This document shows, in pieces, positions 1 to 11,269 of a stretch of DNA of 64,000 nt. This stretch comes from Octopus sinensis (Eukaryota): assembly GCF_006345805.1 (NCBI RefSeq), contig NC_043009.1, positions 19,592,001 to 19,656,000 on the forward strand. The letters run 5' to 3'. The position numbers were made by a program, and so were the translations under genes. Each line of letters opens with the position of its first letter. Within the stretch, counting starts at the first letter, position 1. Under the pieces are notes generated by a model that saw nothing but the letters and a program-made list of their open reading frames with translations, did no database searches and was not told where the DNA came from.

Positions 1-1190
1 GTAGACAAATCACAAAACCCTTCAGGTTGATGGCCCTGCTCAATCTGTAGAAAAGGCATAGGTAGAAACTCCATAAGATGTACCCAGTGTAAGCTATGGA
101 CACATAGGAGGTACAGCAGTATCAAAGGAAGGTTAACTGGGAAGATAGCTTTTGTGTGTGGCAGATGCACAGGAGCAAGAGACACAGAAGATGTACAAAA
201 AACAGATTCTATCACATGCCAGGGAGAAAAAACAAAAGAAATAGTCAATAGCTTCCATTTTCTAGGTGACCAAGTCAGGTGGATGCTTTGAGAGCATAAC
301 AGTTAGAATAAGAATAGCCTAGGCAAAGCTCAGAGAGCTCCTACTTCTGCTGGTAACAAAGGGCCTCTTGCTCAGAGTGAAAGGTAGACTGTATGATGCA
401 TATGTGCAAAAAGCCATGCTACACTGCAGTGAAACATGGGCTGTGACTGCTGAGGACATGCGTAGGCTTGAAAGAAATGAAGCTAGAATGATATGCTGGA
501 TGTGTAATGCCAGTGTGCATACATGACAGAGTGTAAGCGCCCTGAGAGAAATGTTGGACATAAGAAGCATCAATGTGGTGTGCTGGTATAGTCATGTGAT
601 GCATATGGATGAGGACAGCTGTGGAAGGGGTGGACCCGGGAAGACATGGGATGAAGTGGTGAAACACGACCTTTAAATGCTGGGCTTCACAGAAGCAATG
701 AGAAGAGATCAAGACCTTTGGAGATACGCTGTACTTAAGACCCAGCAAGCCAAGGTAGATCATAGCCATGGCCAATGCTAGTGTTGTATAACTGCCCTGT
801 TTAAAATTACTCCTTCAATTGTCGGGCAATATGCTGTGCTTGAGGAGAACTGTTGAGTTGAGTGAAATCGTAGTCATGGCACCCATGCTGGTGGAATGTA
901 AATAGTACCATTCAAGCATGGCCGATGTCAGTGCTACCTGATTGGTTTCCGTGTTGGTGGCACGTAAAAAGCACCAATTGAGTGTGACCGATGCCAGTGC
1001 CACCTGACTAGCATGTAAAAAGTAGCCACTACACTCTTGGAGTGGTTGGTGTTAGGAAGGGCATCCAGCTGTGGAAACCATGCCAGGTCAGATTGGAGCC
1101 TGGTGCAGCTTTCTGGCTTGTCAGTCCTTAAGCCAAACTGTCTAACCCATGCCAGCATGGAAAGCAGACGTTAAATGAGGACGATGAATG
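1..1190 (+). mobile_element. Degenerate RTE-clade LINE, 3' part (RT C-terminal region with Cys-rich insert, plus 3' UTR)
   Basis: Frame 1 reads WPCSICRKGIGRNSIRCTQCKLWTH...FVCGRCTG...IVNSFHFLGDQV, then RTE-like GRLYDAYV..LHCSETWAVTAEDMRRLERNE with stops and frameshifts. Ends in the RTE-type 3' tail ggtgttaggaagggcatccagctg...gccagcatggaaagcagacgttaaatgaggacgatga. Confidence 0.85.
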
Positions 1191-1307
1191 TAAAGATGGA
1201 TGAAATGTCGCTAAGCATTTTGCCTGTCATGGTAACAATTCTGACCTCGTTGGAAGGAATACCTCTATGCCTTTTTCCCAGTGTGTAATGATTCTGCCAG
1301 CTCACTA

Positions 1308-1535
1308 TCTTAATAATAATAATGATAATAATAATAATAATAATAAGAGCACTCAGAGGGTGCAAACCTCTGCCAAGGCAACACCAACGTCCTCTCAACG
1401 ATTAGCCAGAGATGATTTTTAAAATAAGAAAATCTGAAATAAACTCGACTGCTCTCAAAAGTTAAGTAAAAAAAAAAAAGAAGAAAAAACAGAAAAATAA
1501 TCCAGAATCCTTGTCTGGTACCTGATCGATCCCAA
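1308..1535. mobile_element. Non-autonomous Helentron/HINE-like repeat, partial, next to (TAA)n
   Basis: Shares caacaccaaygtcctctcaa..gattagccagagatgatttttaaaat and aatccagaatccttgtc with the copies at 2705-2915 and 4408-4692. Superfamily assignment is by resemblance only. Confidence 0.45.
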
Positions 1536-1579
1536 TGGTAGTCATAGAATGTGAAGGTGGGCATGTGGGCCGTGTTTGT

Positions 1580-1790
1580 AAATCTGTGTGTGTGTTGTCT
1601 GCAGTGGGAACAGGGATATGTTTCTCTATGAAGGCCTTTTTTTAGTCTATCCACTGATATAGTGTCTTTATGACCATTAAGGTCTATAGAGAAAAGTGTA
1701 TCCATGTGTGAAAGAAAACGGAAAAGACCTGCATATGGTGCTGTTAATGGAGATTTAATAACATTGTTGCACACAAAAACGTGAGTCCAA
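1580..1790 (-). mobile_element. Gypsy/Ty3 LTR-retrotransposon integrase C-terminal fragment
   Basis: Minus-strand VFVCNNVIKSPLTAPYAGLFRFLSHMDTLFSIDLNGHKDTISVDRLK matches the Gypsy integrase tail pattern (VFVR...PL.PPY.GPF...NG..D.VS.DRLK). Confidence 0.75.
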
Positions 1791-1909
1791 GAAGTAAAGC
1801 TTCCTTCAAAGTAGAGCTAGAAATGCAATTGTCAAGGAGGTAAGAGGTTTTAAACAGGAGCGATATATTCAAAATTGGTAAAACTAAGAAACCAGTAGAA
1901 TAAGTAGTA

Positions 1910-1990
1910 GGCTTACAAAGAATAGGTCCTGGGGTCGATTTGTTCGACTAAAGGCGGTGCTACAGCATGGTCGCAGTCAAATGACTGAAT
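1910..1990 (+). mobile_element. 3' tail fragment of the abundant tRNA-derived SINE (same family as 34690-35066)
   Basis: gcttacaaagaataggtcctggggtcgatttgttcgactaaaggcggtgctacagcatggtcgcagtcaaatgactgaa matches the tail of the fuller copies. Confidence 0.75.
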
Positions 1991-2204
1991 GCATGAATGT
2001 GTGCATGTGAGCTTGTGTGAATCTATTGCTATGGATGGTGATATTTGCTGACATTTCTCTGCCAAGAAATCTGCCAGTAGCTCTGTGCTTTCTAAGGCAA
2101 TTAGAGTGAGAATTCCCTTACTTGATAGACAGATAAGGGTTAAAAACCAGAAGGGATTATAAAACCAATGTCTCAGTAATATGCATTGATCTAACCATGC
2201 CAAC

Positions 2205-2430
2205 ATATGGCAAAGTGGTTAAGAGCGTGGGCTATTAACCCCAAGATTCCGAGTTTGATTCCAGGTAGTGACCTGAATAATAATAACAACACTGAAAAAT
2301 ACCTTAGGAACGAGAACCCAGGTTCGAAATTTCCCCAAGACACCTGATGAAGGCTGGAAGGTATATCAGCCGAAACGTGTTAACAACAAACAAGATGAGG
2401 ACAAATATCCATCAAATGTAAACAATGTAA
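2205..2430 (+). mobile_element. tRNA-headed SINE-like element with a hammerhead-like core in its 3' half (family A)
   Basis: A-box TGGCAAAGTGG (2208-2218), B-box-like GAGTTTGATTCC (2251-2262), short (TAA)n, then gacacCTGATGAaggctg...cagccGAAACgtgtt. The 3' half recurs at 6805-6965 and 7584-7765. Confidence 0.7.
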
Positions 2431-2704
2431 AACTAAAAATTGCCGAGGATAAATTAAATTTATTATTGTTACTAAATATGTTTGTGTTATTTAATTTCTG
2501 AATGGTTTTGCTGCCGTTTGTTTATATAATTTGATTTCTTTATCCATCAGTTTCTACAAGAGTAAAATTAATAAGAGAGAAACGAAAAATAAACTTTGGA
2601 AACAGCAACGCTGCAATAACTTAAAGCCTTAAGCGTGCTTTCAAGGGAGATAATCAGAGAAAGACTTGAAAGTCAACATAAGATTGGAATACTTCATGTA
2701 AAGT

Positions 2705-2915
2705 AAATATAACAAATAATCCAGAATCCTTGTCCAGTACCGGATTGATCCCAAAATCTAACCAATTTGTGCCAGTTATGAGGCCATACATCCCTGAAAG
2801 TTTTATCTGAATCCATCCGGTGGTTCTTGAGATATCTTGTCCGTGGACAAACACACAAATACAACTGAAAACAATACCTCTGCCTTCACTAAAGCGGACA
2901 TAATAATAATAATAA
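2705..2915 (-). mobile_element. Non-autonomous Helentron/HINE-like repeat
   Basis: Homologous to 4408-4692. Terminal motif tgtccgctttagtgaaggcagaggt abuts (TTA)n. Confidence 0.5.
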
Positions 2916-2941
2916 TAAAAACTCGGAATAATTACCCATAC

Positions 2942-3003
2942 TGTGGTTCTGTTGCCTGTGTTATTTGTATTAGTTTGTTCATCAGCCATCTTTGTACTAG
3001 TTT
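2942..3003 (-). CDS. Candidate host-gene exon containing a start codon (ATG at 2989-2987; MADEQTNTNNTGNRTT, possibly +VW)
   Basis: Minus strand ttgtttcttttcag|AAACTAGTACAAAG ATG GCT GAT GAA...ACC ACA|GTATGG, with an alternative in-frame donor TGG|GTAATT 6 nt further. Good acceptor, good start context, unique non-repeat sequence. Product not recognised. Confidence 0.55.
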
Positions 3004-4407
3004 CTGAAAAGAAACAACATAAATGTAGGATCAAGACAAATAATTTTACGACTCTTAATAGCAAAGAAACATGATTGAGAGGAATAGTTTGGCACCATTA
3101 TCTTACTGGTACTCAGTGTATTGGAACAGTGATTAATGTTGACCTTACTAGGGTTAGAAGGTGGATAAATATAAGACTAAAGCATTTTGGTAATATAAAG
3201 AGAATGTTTTAAAATTAACAATTAAATGATTAACTTATTTAATCCTTTAGCATTTAATCTGGCCAAATCCAAGCCAAATATTCTAACCATTTTACATTCA
3301 AACTGGCCCGATCTGGCCTCTCTCATCTCATGACATTGAAATCTCTAAGCTATGAGATAATCCATGATTTATTCAAAACAATGTGAATAAATTAGCATTC
3401 CATTTGACAGAATAACCTGAATGCTAAACGCTTAAAATGCGAGGGCAGGTAAGTTAGTCTATAATTAGTATAAAAGCAGTGTTCAATTTTAGTACCTGTA
3501 TTTCACTTGGTGCTTGAGCCAAGAGAAAAAGCAGGGTACCAACAGAATCAACTATAGAGAGGAAGAGGGATAGGGAGGAGAAAGAGGAAATGCACTGTTT
3601 AAGACGTGTGATGTGTATGAAAAACAAGTTGAAAAATTGTTAAATAATGCATGAAGGAGGAGTCTTACTACTAAACCAAGAGAGGAAAAGCAAGACCAGC
3701 TGGAGCAATGTTGATAGTATCTTCAGTCTATTTCAAAATAAAATAATTGTGGGCTCAAATCAAGGCCAAGATGAAAACGTAGGGGTGGTTGGGGGAGAGG
3801 AGGTGGATGAAACTAGTGTGGGGAGTTGTAAAGGGGGTGGTGGTGTTTTTACAGAGAGCAGCATTGATGAGGGTTGACTGCTGTTGTGTTTAGCCTTAAC
3901 TAACTGATTAAACAGGGTTTAAATTCAAAGACATTCTATCCAAGACCACCTAGCCCTTTCTTTTGGCAAAGTGTATGATGGAATATATCATTCAGTGTAT
4001 CACACATTTAACACTTTTGGGTGTAATTTGAATGACATTTAGCTGCTATTTCTAGCAGACCAAATAAAAATATAGGGTCTCCTTTGATTGGTTGGTTGTG
4101 AGAATGTGTATAAATGATGGGTAAAACTTTCCAGGAGTAGTGTATATATCCAGCAGCTGTTTAGAAGCAACAAAAAAAACTGTTCATCAACCCTTTAGCA
4201 CTGGCCAAAATGTTCTATGTTTTTTTTTTGTACAAAGCAGCCATACATAAGCATAACCAGTGACAGATTAATCTGAATGTTAATCTCCAGGGCTGTTGGT
4301 GAAATGAGAGGTGACAGGAGTGTGGTTTCGTTATGTTAATAAAGGTAATATTGAATAATTCTATTTTGGAATACCTCAAAGCTCAGGCACACACAAAGCT
4401 ATAAACA

Positions 4408-4692
4408 AGAGCATTCAGAGAGCACAAAGCTTCGTTAGGGCAACACCAATGTCCTCTCAAAGATTAGCCAGAGATGATTTTTAAAATGAGAATATCTGAA
4501 ATAAACTCAACTGCTCTCACAAAAATTAAGGAAAAATAATCCTTGTCCGGTACTGGATCGACCCCAAAATCTAATAAGCCTGTGCCAGTCTAGTGGCCAA
4601 ACATCCCTGAAAGTTTCATCCAAATTCATCCAGTGGTTCTTGACTAACAAACATGATTGAAAACATTGTCTTTGCCAAGGTGGAGGTAATAA
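4408..4692. mobile_element. Non-autonomous Helentron/HINE-like repeat
   Basis: Third copy of the family, ending in gccaaggtggaggtaataa; the internal ccctgaaagtttcatccaaattcatccagtggttcttga is shared with 2705-2915. Confidence 0.5.
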
Positions 4693-5619
4693 CAGCACAA
4701 AAACATTGGATGAAGGCTGCTCATGGGACTTTTGTGATCCAACATTTCCTTGCTATTATTTTTAGCTTTATGTGAGTGTGCTTCAAGGTATTCCAAAATA
4801 AAATTCATATTCTCTTAAAAATTTTATATAAATACTAAGTAGAAGCTATGTGTGTGTGTGTAATCATTATCATCATCTTTTTAAACATCTGTTTTCCTTG
4901 CTGCTATGGGTTGGATGGTTTGATAGGAACTGGCAAGCCAGAGAACTGCTCCAAGTTCCATTGTCTGCTCTGGAATGGTTTCTACAGCTGGATGTTCTTC
5001 CAAATGCAAAGCACTTTACAAAGTGTACTGGGTGCTCTTTTTATGTGGCACCAGCACCTGCAGGGTTGCCAAGTAATTTGCGGGACAAAGACTTGTCAGC
5101 TGAGAGAGAGGAACTGCAGGATGTGGCTTTGTGCCAGGAGAGAGGTTAGAATGTAAGAGAGGGAAAGAAACAGATGTCTTACTGTAGATACTTGGCTACC
5201 TGAGTAGGAGAGGATAGAAAGATAGGCAGAGTGAAGGAGAAAGAGATGATGTTGGGGGTGCAGCACTGGGGAACCTACCCTCAGGTAACAAGGAGTGGAC
5301 TTCAGCAGTTATATTTTCCAAATCACCACTCACAAGTTACTGGCCAAGGTGCCATGCAGTGGGACTCGACCAGGAACCATAGGGCTGCAGATGAATTAAC
5401 TAAGCCATGACTTCAGGTTAAGAAAGGAATCAAAACAGAATTCTTCTTACACTGGAACAAAGCCAGAAATTTAGAGAGCCACAGTTGATTAGAATGACCC
5501 TGTGCTGAACTGGGACTTTATTTTATCGACCCTGGAGGGATGAAAAACAAAGCTGTGGAAGTACATGAAGAAAGAATGAAAGAACCAGGAGGAGGAGAGA
5601 GAGAGGGTAAATTTTTATA

Positions 5620-6135
5620 TTATCACCTGCACGATTTTCATTATGGGTAAAAAAAAAAACAAAAAAACCCTCAAATGTTTTTTCCGTGGAATCAAGTACC
5701 CTGACCAAATATGCTGCAAATCCCTTATTTTGGCCCCCACCCCTTATCCGGAATCATTGGGATTTTTTTTTGGTTTTTGTTGAATGAATTCCTGTGCTAC
5801 AAAACCCTTTTTGGAGGGAGTCTGGAAAACGGGGTGGGGTGAAGTGGAAGCCTCGGAAATTTCACCCCCAATCCTATTGATCTTTTCACCTGCACAATTT
5901 TCACTAAGAAGGAAAAAAAGAAAAACTCAAATTTTTTTGTATGGAATCAAGTACCCTGACCTCAATATGCTGCAAACACCTTATTTTTGCTCTGGAAAAA
6001 AAAGTGGGGGGAACTCCCCCCCATATCCTGGAATCATTGGAAATTTTTTTTTTTCGTTGACTGAATATGCTACAAAACCCTTTTTGGGGTCTGGAAAACG
6101 GGGTGGGGTGGAAGACTCGGAAATTTCACCCCCTT
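5620..6135 (+). repeat. Tandem duplication of a ~260-bp unit
   Basis: cacctgcac..tggaatcaagtaccctgacc..aatatgctgcaaa..ggaatcattgg..tgctacaaaaccctttttgg..tctggaaaacggggtggggtg..ctcggaaatttcacccc occurs twice (about 5620-5875 and 5880-6135). Confidence 0.8.
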
Positions 6136-6239
6136 TTTTGAAATATTTTTTTGCTATTTCTTTCTTTACTCATAATCTTAGATAACATTTTCGAGTGTGG
6201 GATCTTTTCGGTTTGAATGGTAGTTTTTAACATAATTTC

Positions 6240-6600
6240 TAGGTAACTGAAAAATGTTAAACTTCGTATACTGGTAGAATGTGTTTATAAAACATCATTT
6301 TCTCTTGGCTTTATTGAAAAAATTCTATATTGTAACATATTTCGTCTAAAATTTCTTGTATTTCGGCAATTTTAACCAATCACTGACCATCCATTGAGGT
6401 GAAAGCATTCTGTACGTCATATGTCCCTCGTTTAAGAAACGGATTGGGTTTATTTACATTTGTGATGAAAAAATGATACCCTTCCCCCACCCCTAACCCT
6501 AACCCTAAATCTAAAATAAATTGAAATGCAAGAGATCGATACCAGGGTTATAATTATGGGTGACAATTTCATATGACACCGCTAGGGAAAATGGGAGTTT
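6240..6600 (+). mobile_element. MITE fragment related to the 7910-8600 and 13222-13918 family
   Basis: Shares aaacttcgtatactggtagaatgtgtttataaaacatcat..tcttggctttattga..tttcggcaattttaaccaatc and a short ccctaaccctaa tract. Confidence 0.6.
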
Positions 6601-6804
6601 TTCCTAGTGGTGTCACAAAGCAAAACCTGAGAGGTCGGAGTCCCATACATGTATGGAATGTGTGACCGCTCGTGTCTGCGTTTACAGTGATCTAAAAATC
6701 GGTGTTCATGTTTCTTTACGAGGAACAGTATGATCGCAGTCCAATGATCTAGAAGCCGATAAAAGAATCATGACTGCCACCTCTATATGGGTTAGCAATG
6801 AGAT

Positions 6805-6965
6805 TTATACATTATTTACATTTGATGGATATTTATCCTCATCTTGTTTGTTGTTAACACGTTTCTGCTGATATACCCTCCAGCTTTCATCAGATATCTT
6901 CGGGAAATTTCGAACTTGGGTTCTTTTTCCCATGGTATTTTTCGATATTATTATTATTATTATTT
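6805..6965 (-). mobile_element. Family A SINE 3' half (hammerhead-like core), minus strand
   Basis: Reverse complement reads (taa)n tatcgaaaaatacc...gatatCTGATGAaagctggagggtatatcagcaGAAACgtgttaacaacaaacaagatgagg. Confidence 0.8.
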
Positions 6966-7580
6966 TAAGTTTGACTTTTGCTTTACATTTGTACAAGTTG
7001 GCTCCAAGTCTCACCCAGAGACCTCAAGAGACAAGTTAGAAGTTCAAGTTGGTGTTATGCCTAGAGTGCCATATATTTGGTTTTGTACATACTAAAGAAT
7101 GTTTAAGAAACCATAAGAAGATTATGTGTTTGTTTTAAAACTTGAGATTACATAGAAAGCATATTGTGTAGGATATGGGCAGTTCCCATGAACACTATCT
7201 TTTGAATTTTTGCCATTTTGAGGTTTCCTGATATCTGAGCTAGGTAGCAATCAGCCCCTTTTGCTATCATTCCCAGGGCACCTATGACAACAGGTATTGT
7301 TAAAGTCTTCAGGTTCCCCATTTTGCCAATTTCTATTTCAAGATCTTTATACTTGCTCAGTTTTTGGTAGGTCTTGACAGATACGTTTATATTGAATGGG
7401 ACAGCCATGTCAATGAGGAGGCATGATTTTTGTCTGAAGTCTTTCAATATGATGTCTGGCCTATTTGCATGGTGAAGTCCCATAGGAGTGAGATGTGATC
7501 CTTTTCAAGCACTGGAGGTGGTTTGTGTTCCCACCAGTTTTTATCATGGAGCAAGTCCAGTGAATAAATTGTGCAGCTCT
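6966..7580 (-). mobile_element. R4/Dong-type (RLE) non-LTR retrotransposon, 3' end
   Basis: ORF 7148-7483: NRPDIILKD...LLIDMAVP...K.SKYKDLEIEI...IPVVIGALG, a PD-(D/E)xK restriction-like endonuclease. The 3' UTR joins (TAA)n directly. Confidence 0.85.
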
Positions 7581-7583
7581 ATC

Positions 7584-7765
7584 AATAATAATAATAATAA
7601 TAATATCGAAAAATACCTTAGGAATGAGAACCCAGGTTTGAAATTTCCCCAAGACACCTGATGAAGGTTGGAGGGTATATAAGCCGAAGTGTTAACAACA
7701 AATAAGACGATGACAAATATCTGTCAAATGTAAGTAATTCCTCATTTCTTAAATATAAAACTGAA
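7584..7765 (+). mobile_element. Family A SINE 3' half, plus strand (decayed core)
   Basis: (taa)n tatcgaaaaataccttaggaatgagaacccagg...gacacCTGATGAaggttgg...aagccgaagtgttaac; the GAAAC motif is partly deleted. Confidence 0.8.
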
Positions 7766-7909
7766 TGAGATTTATATTACACACATATCCGAGCCCAATT
7801 AAAAGTGCACCTCCTTCCATATAATTTTAATTATAAAGTTGTTAGCAACACAACCGTTGCAACAAGGAATCAAATGAGTCATGTGTCTCCAAACTTAGCA
7901 ACACAACCC

Positions 7910-8600
7910 GGATATTTTCCTTTTGAACCACACATGTCAACACAATTTCTAGTTAACTTCGTATACTGGTAGAATGTGTCAAAATAAAACATTTTTTTCT
8001 CTTGGCTTTCTTGAGAAAATTGTAATTTGTTTGTTTAACGTAGTTTAATTTTTCGAATTTTAACCAATGAATCGCCTCTAGTGAGCTAAAATCATTTGCT
8101 GCGTTTAAAACTGAGACAACATCCTGTCACTAACCCTAACCCTAAATTTTAGCCTTCGGTTATTTTTTTTCTTAATTGTTAAATTAATTTAATTGTTACA
8201 CGTGTGTCTAAAATTATTCTTTTGTTTTTGCTTTCGTTATGTATACGTACGGAAAGCGTGTGTATAAAATTATAGAATTATTTTGTTTGTTAATTGTTTA
8301 AATTATTTTTCATAGCTTTCGTTTTTTTTTCTTAATTGTTATCCTTAAATTAATTTAACAATGAAGAAAAAAAAAACGAAAGGCTAAAATTTAGGTTTAG
8401 GGTTAGTGACAGGATGTTGTCTCAGTTTTAGACACAGCAAATGATTTTAGCTCAATTAGATTGGTTAAAATTCGAAAAATTAAACTACGTTAAACAAACG
8501 AATTACAATTTTATCAAGAAAGCCAAGAGAAAAAAATGTTTTAAAGTGTTTAGTTAACTAGAAATTGTGTTGACATGGGCCGTTCAAAAGGAAAAGATCC
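7910..8600. mobile_element. Foldback MITE, Merlin-like family (copy 1)
   Basis: Long TIRs ggatattttccttttgaa...caacacaatttctagttaac / gttaactagaaattgtgttg...ttcaaaaggaaaagatcc. TSD not recognisable in this copy. Confidence 0.8.
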
Positions 8601-8886
8601 CCCCCCCCTTCTCCCCCCCCCCCAAAACACTATCTTTTTCGGGAGTCTCTACATCATTATTCGACTTGCTAAAAACACCAACCAAACCGCCCATAAATTA
8701 TACTAGATTGTCTTGAAAAAAAAAAAGAAGAAAAATGAAGGACACGTTCAACAATATATCCTAGATAATGTAGCCACCGGTCCCAAGCAACAACCGGATG
8801 CTTATGATTGATCACAGGGTTGAATTCAGGTTTAACAATATTAGATCATTCAGCTTCAAAAGCGATTTCGAATTAACCATGGATAC

Positions 8887-8955
<69 letters not shown>

Positions 8956-11162
8956 CACACACATACATGCACGCGGACGCACGGGGACACGTGTATGAAG
9001 GAAGAGGTTTGTAATAGAGCTTAGTCAGTTAATAATGACTAATAAATAATCAACAATGCACTTCGGATGAAGTTGGTAATTTTCCTTAATTCGCGATGGG
9101 AATAAAACCAAAATATGAAGAGAATGGTCCTTCTTCAAGAAGAGACTATATATATATGTATACACACACATACTTAGACACAATACACCCGAGATGCAAA
9201 TCAAAATGCATCTAGATGCACATGTGGTGCAGTTTAATGCAAGTGAACAACAATGGAAAGCAGTGTTGTGAGTGACGTATTAATTCTATATTCAAGAACA
9301 TAAATATATACACAATTATAATGCACACCTACAAAAAGACGGACAGAATAATAAAAAACAATAAAGCTAATTGTGGGTGTAATGTGCTTGGGACTATGAT
9401 AGAACTTTTTAAATTTACGAGGTGAAAATCACTGGTTGCTTGTAGGACCGTAACGAACACATAATGGCTTCTTCACCACACATACACAATATATATGAAT
9501 GAGAGAGAAAGGACACCGCTTATTGCGATCATTTCAGGATACAATGATAGAGAACAAAACAGGTAATATCTTAAAGCAGATAATATATCTTTAGTATGTT
9601 TGGGATACACATTCTGATAATGTTGGTCTACGATTACAAGAGACTTCCACTAAAATACACACACACACATTATATATATAGACAGACCGGTGATGAGGTG
9701 CAACTAGTGGTTAAGAAGTAGGACGAGGTGTAGTTAAAAGGCGGTGAAATATGAAAATATAATTATGAATTAAATCGATTACTACTTTGGTGGAGAGTGA
9801 AAACATTTTAGAAATTTATATTCAATATTTTGGAAAAAACAATGAAAGCCTTGTTTTTCTTCGTGTGAATATGTTTTATACACATAAATATCGAAAAACA
9901 GAACACGATGGCTTCTAGTGGTTTAAAATGTTTCAAGTTACACGTCGAAAAAAAGTGGAATATTTTGGACTATAATAAGTCAGTTGTAAGAGAAATGTTT
10001 GGGTCTTTATAGACAAAAATGACAGGAAAATTAAAACAATAAATTCTTAAAATATGTAAAACAATAATATATTTAAAAGAAGAGGCATTCGTTAAATGGT
10101 TAACTAGTAGAAAAGTGATAATTGTTGGGTCTAGGAAGTTTGAAATGACAGTTTTCAAAATTAAATGTTCTATATCAAAAAAGGTTCTTTTTTCTTCATC
10201 CCTCATTCATTTAAATAAGACTAAAATCCAAAGTGATTATTAAATCATTCATCAGAAAACTAGTAAAACATATTTATATAGTTATTGTAACATATATATA
10301 TATAGGTATTTAGTTTCTGTGAATGAAAGTGATTTCAATAAGATATCTCACGTTTCAATTTATACTCAGATGAACAAGACAGCCTGGGTTATGATACTAA
10401 TCAAAGCGAATGTTTTTCGTCAATAAACTAAGCCTGATGCTACATTAATTTCTTACAAATCAGCATTATATATAATACATACACACCTCTAAAGGGGGGA
10501 ACTAGGCCATTACCTTGTATCTAGACCATTCTAAATGTGTAACCATCACAAGACAATATATTAACAGACTAAATTAAAATGTCTGTTCAATTTATTGTTA
10601 GAAAAACTTGTAATGAGTAAAATATCAATTAAAATTACAATTTAAACATAGTTAAAAGGTTAACATCTTTACAAAATAACATGTCAGTGAGAAAGGGTTT
10701 TTAAAAAGATTACAAGGTACATTAGTTACGTTACAGTTAATGAAAAATATAACAATCAAAATATTAACCTGAGTAATTAGGCAATTAAATTGATAAATGA
10801 ATAAAAAAAAACTGATTAATAAAAGTGAAAGAAGGAATTTATGGCTGGGGCGAGAAAAGAAAGGAGAGAAAGCGGTTTGAAGTGAATTGAGAGGAATTGA
10901 TGAGTAAAATTATTGATTGAGTTTAATTTGGAGAGAGTTCTTACTTACATTTAGAGTCTTTTTATAAAAAAAATATTCAGAGGAGATAAAAACTAATGTT
11001 TCAGCAAAGTAAAGAAATATTTTAAATTTGTAGAAATGTTGTATTTTGTGTTTTTTGAGGAGAAAATAATTTTAATGTGGTTCAGACATTGTAACAGTGG
11101 AAACACAGAAGAGTTACACATTTAGAGAGAGAGAAAGACTACAACTCTATCGCTTAACTCAC

Positions 11163-11250
11163 TTATCTCCCTTCGTTATACTCGCCTTAATTAACGCCGT
11201 TAAGAAGACGGCGGAAGCAGTGTTTGAGTCACCGGTAAAGTTCCTTCTGG
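11163..11250 (-). promoter_or_regulatory. Candidate TSS region / non-coding first exon
   Basis: Unique CpG-rich patch with a GCTTCCGCCGTCTT motif resembling ETS/YY1 composites, followed on the minus strand by gagataa|GTGAGT (GT at 11162-11161). Confidence 0.3.
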
Positions 11251-11269
11251 TATTTTATTCCGGCTGTTA

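Noticed and set aside
3647-3877. 76-aa ORF in unique sequence
   Set aside because: No splice signals or domain motifs; purine-rich low-complexity composition explains the open frame.
6488-6510. (CCCTAA)n telomere-like tracts (also ~8130, ~8395, ~13480, ~13670)
   Set aside because: Only 2-3 units, and always inside MITE arms; not telomeric arrays.
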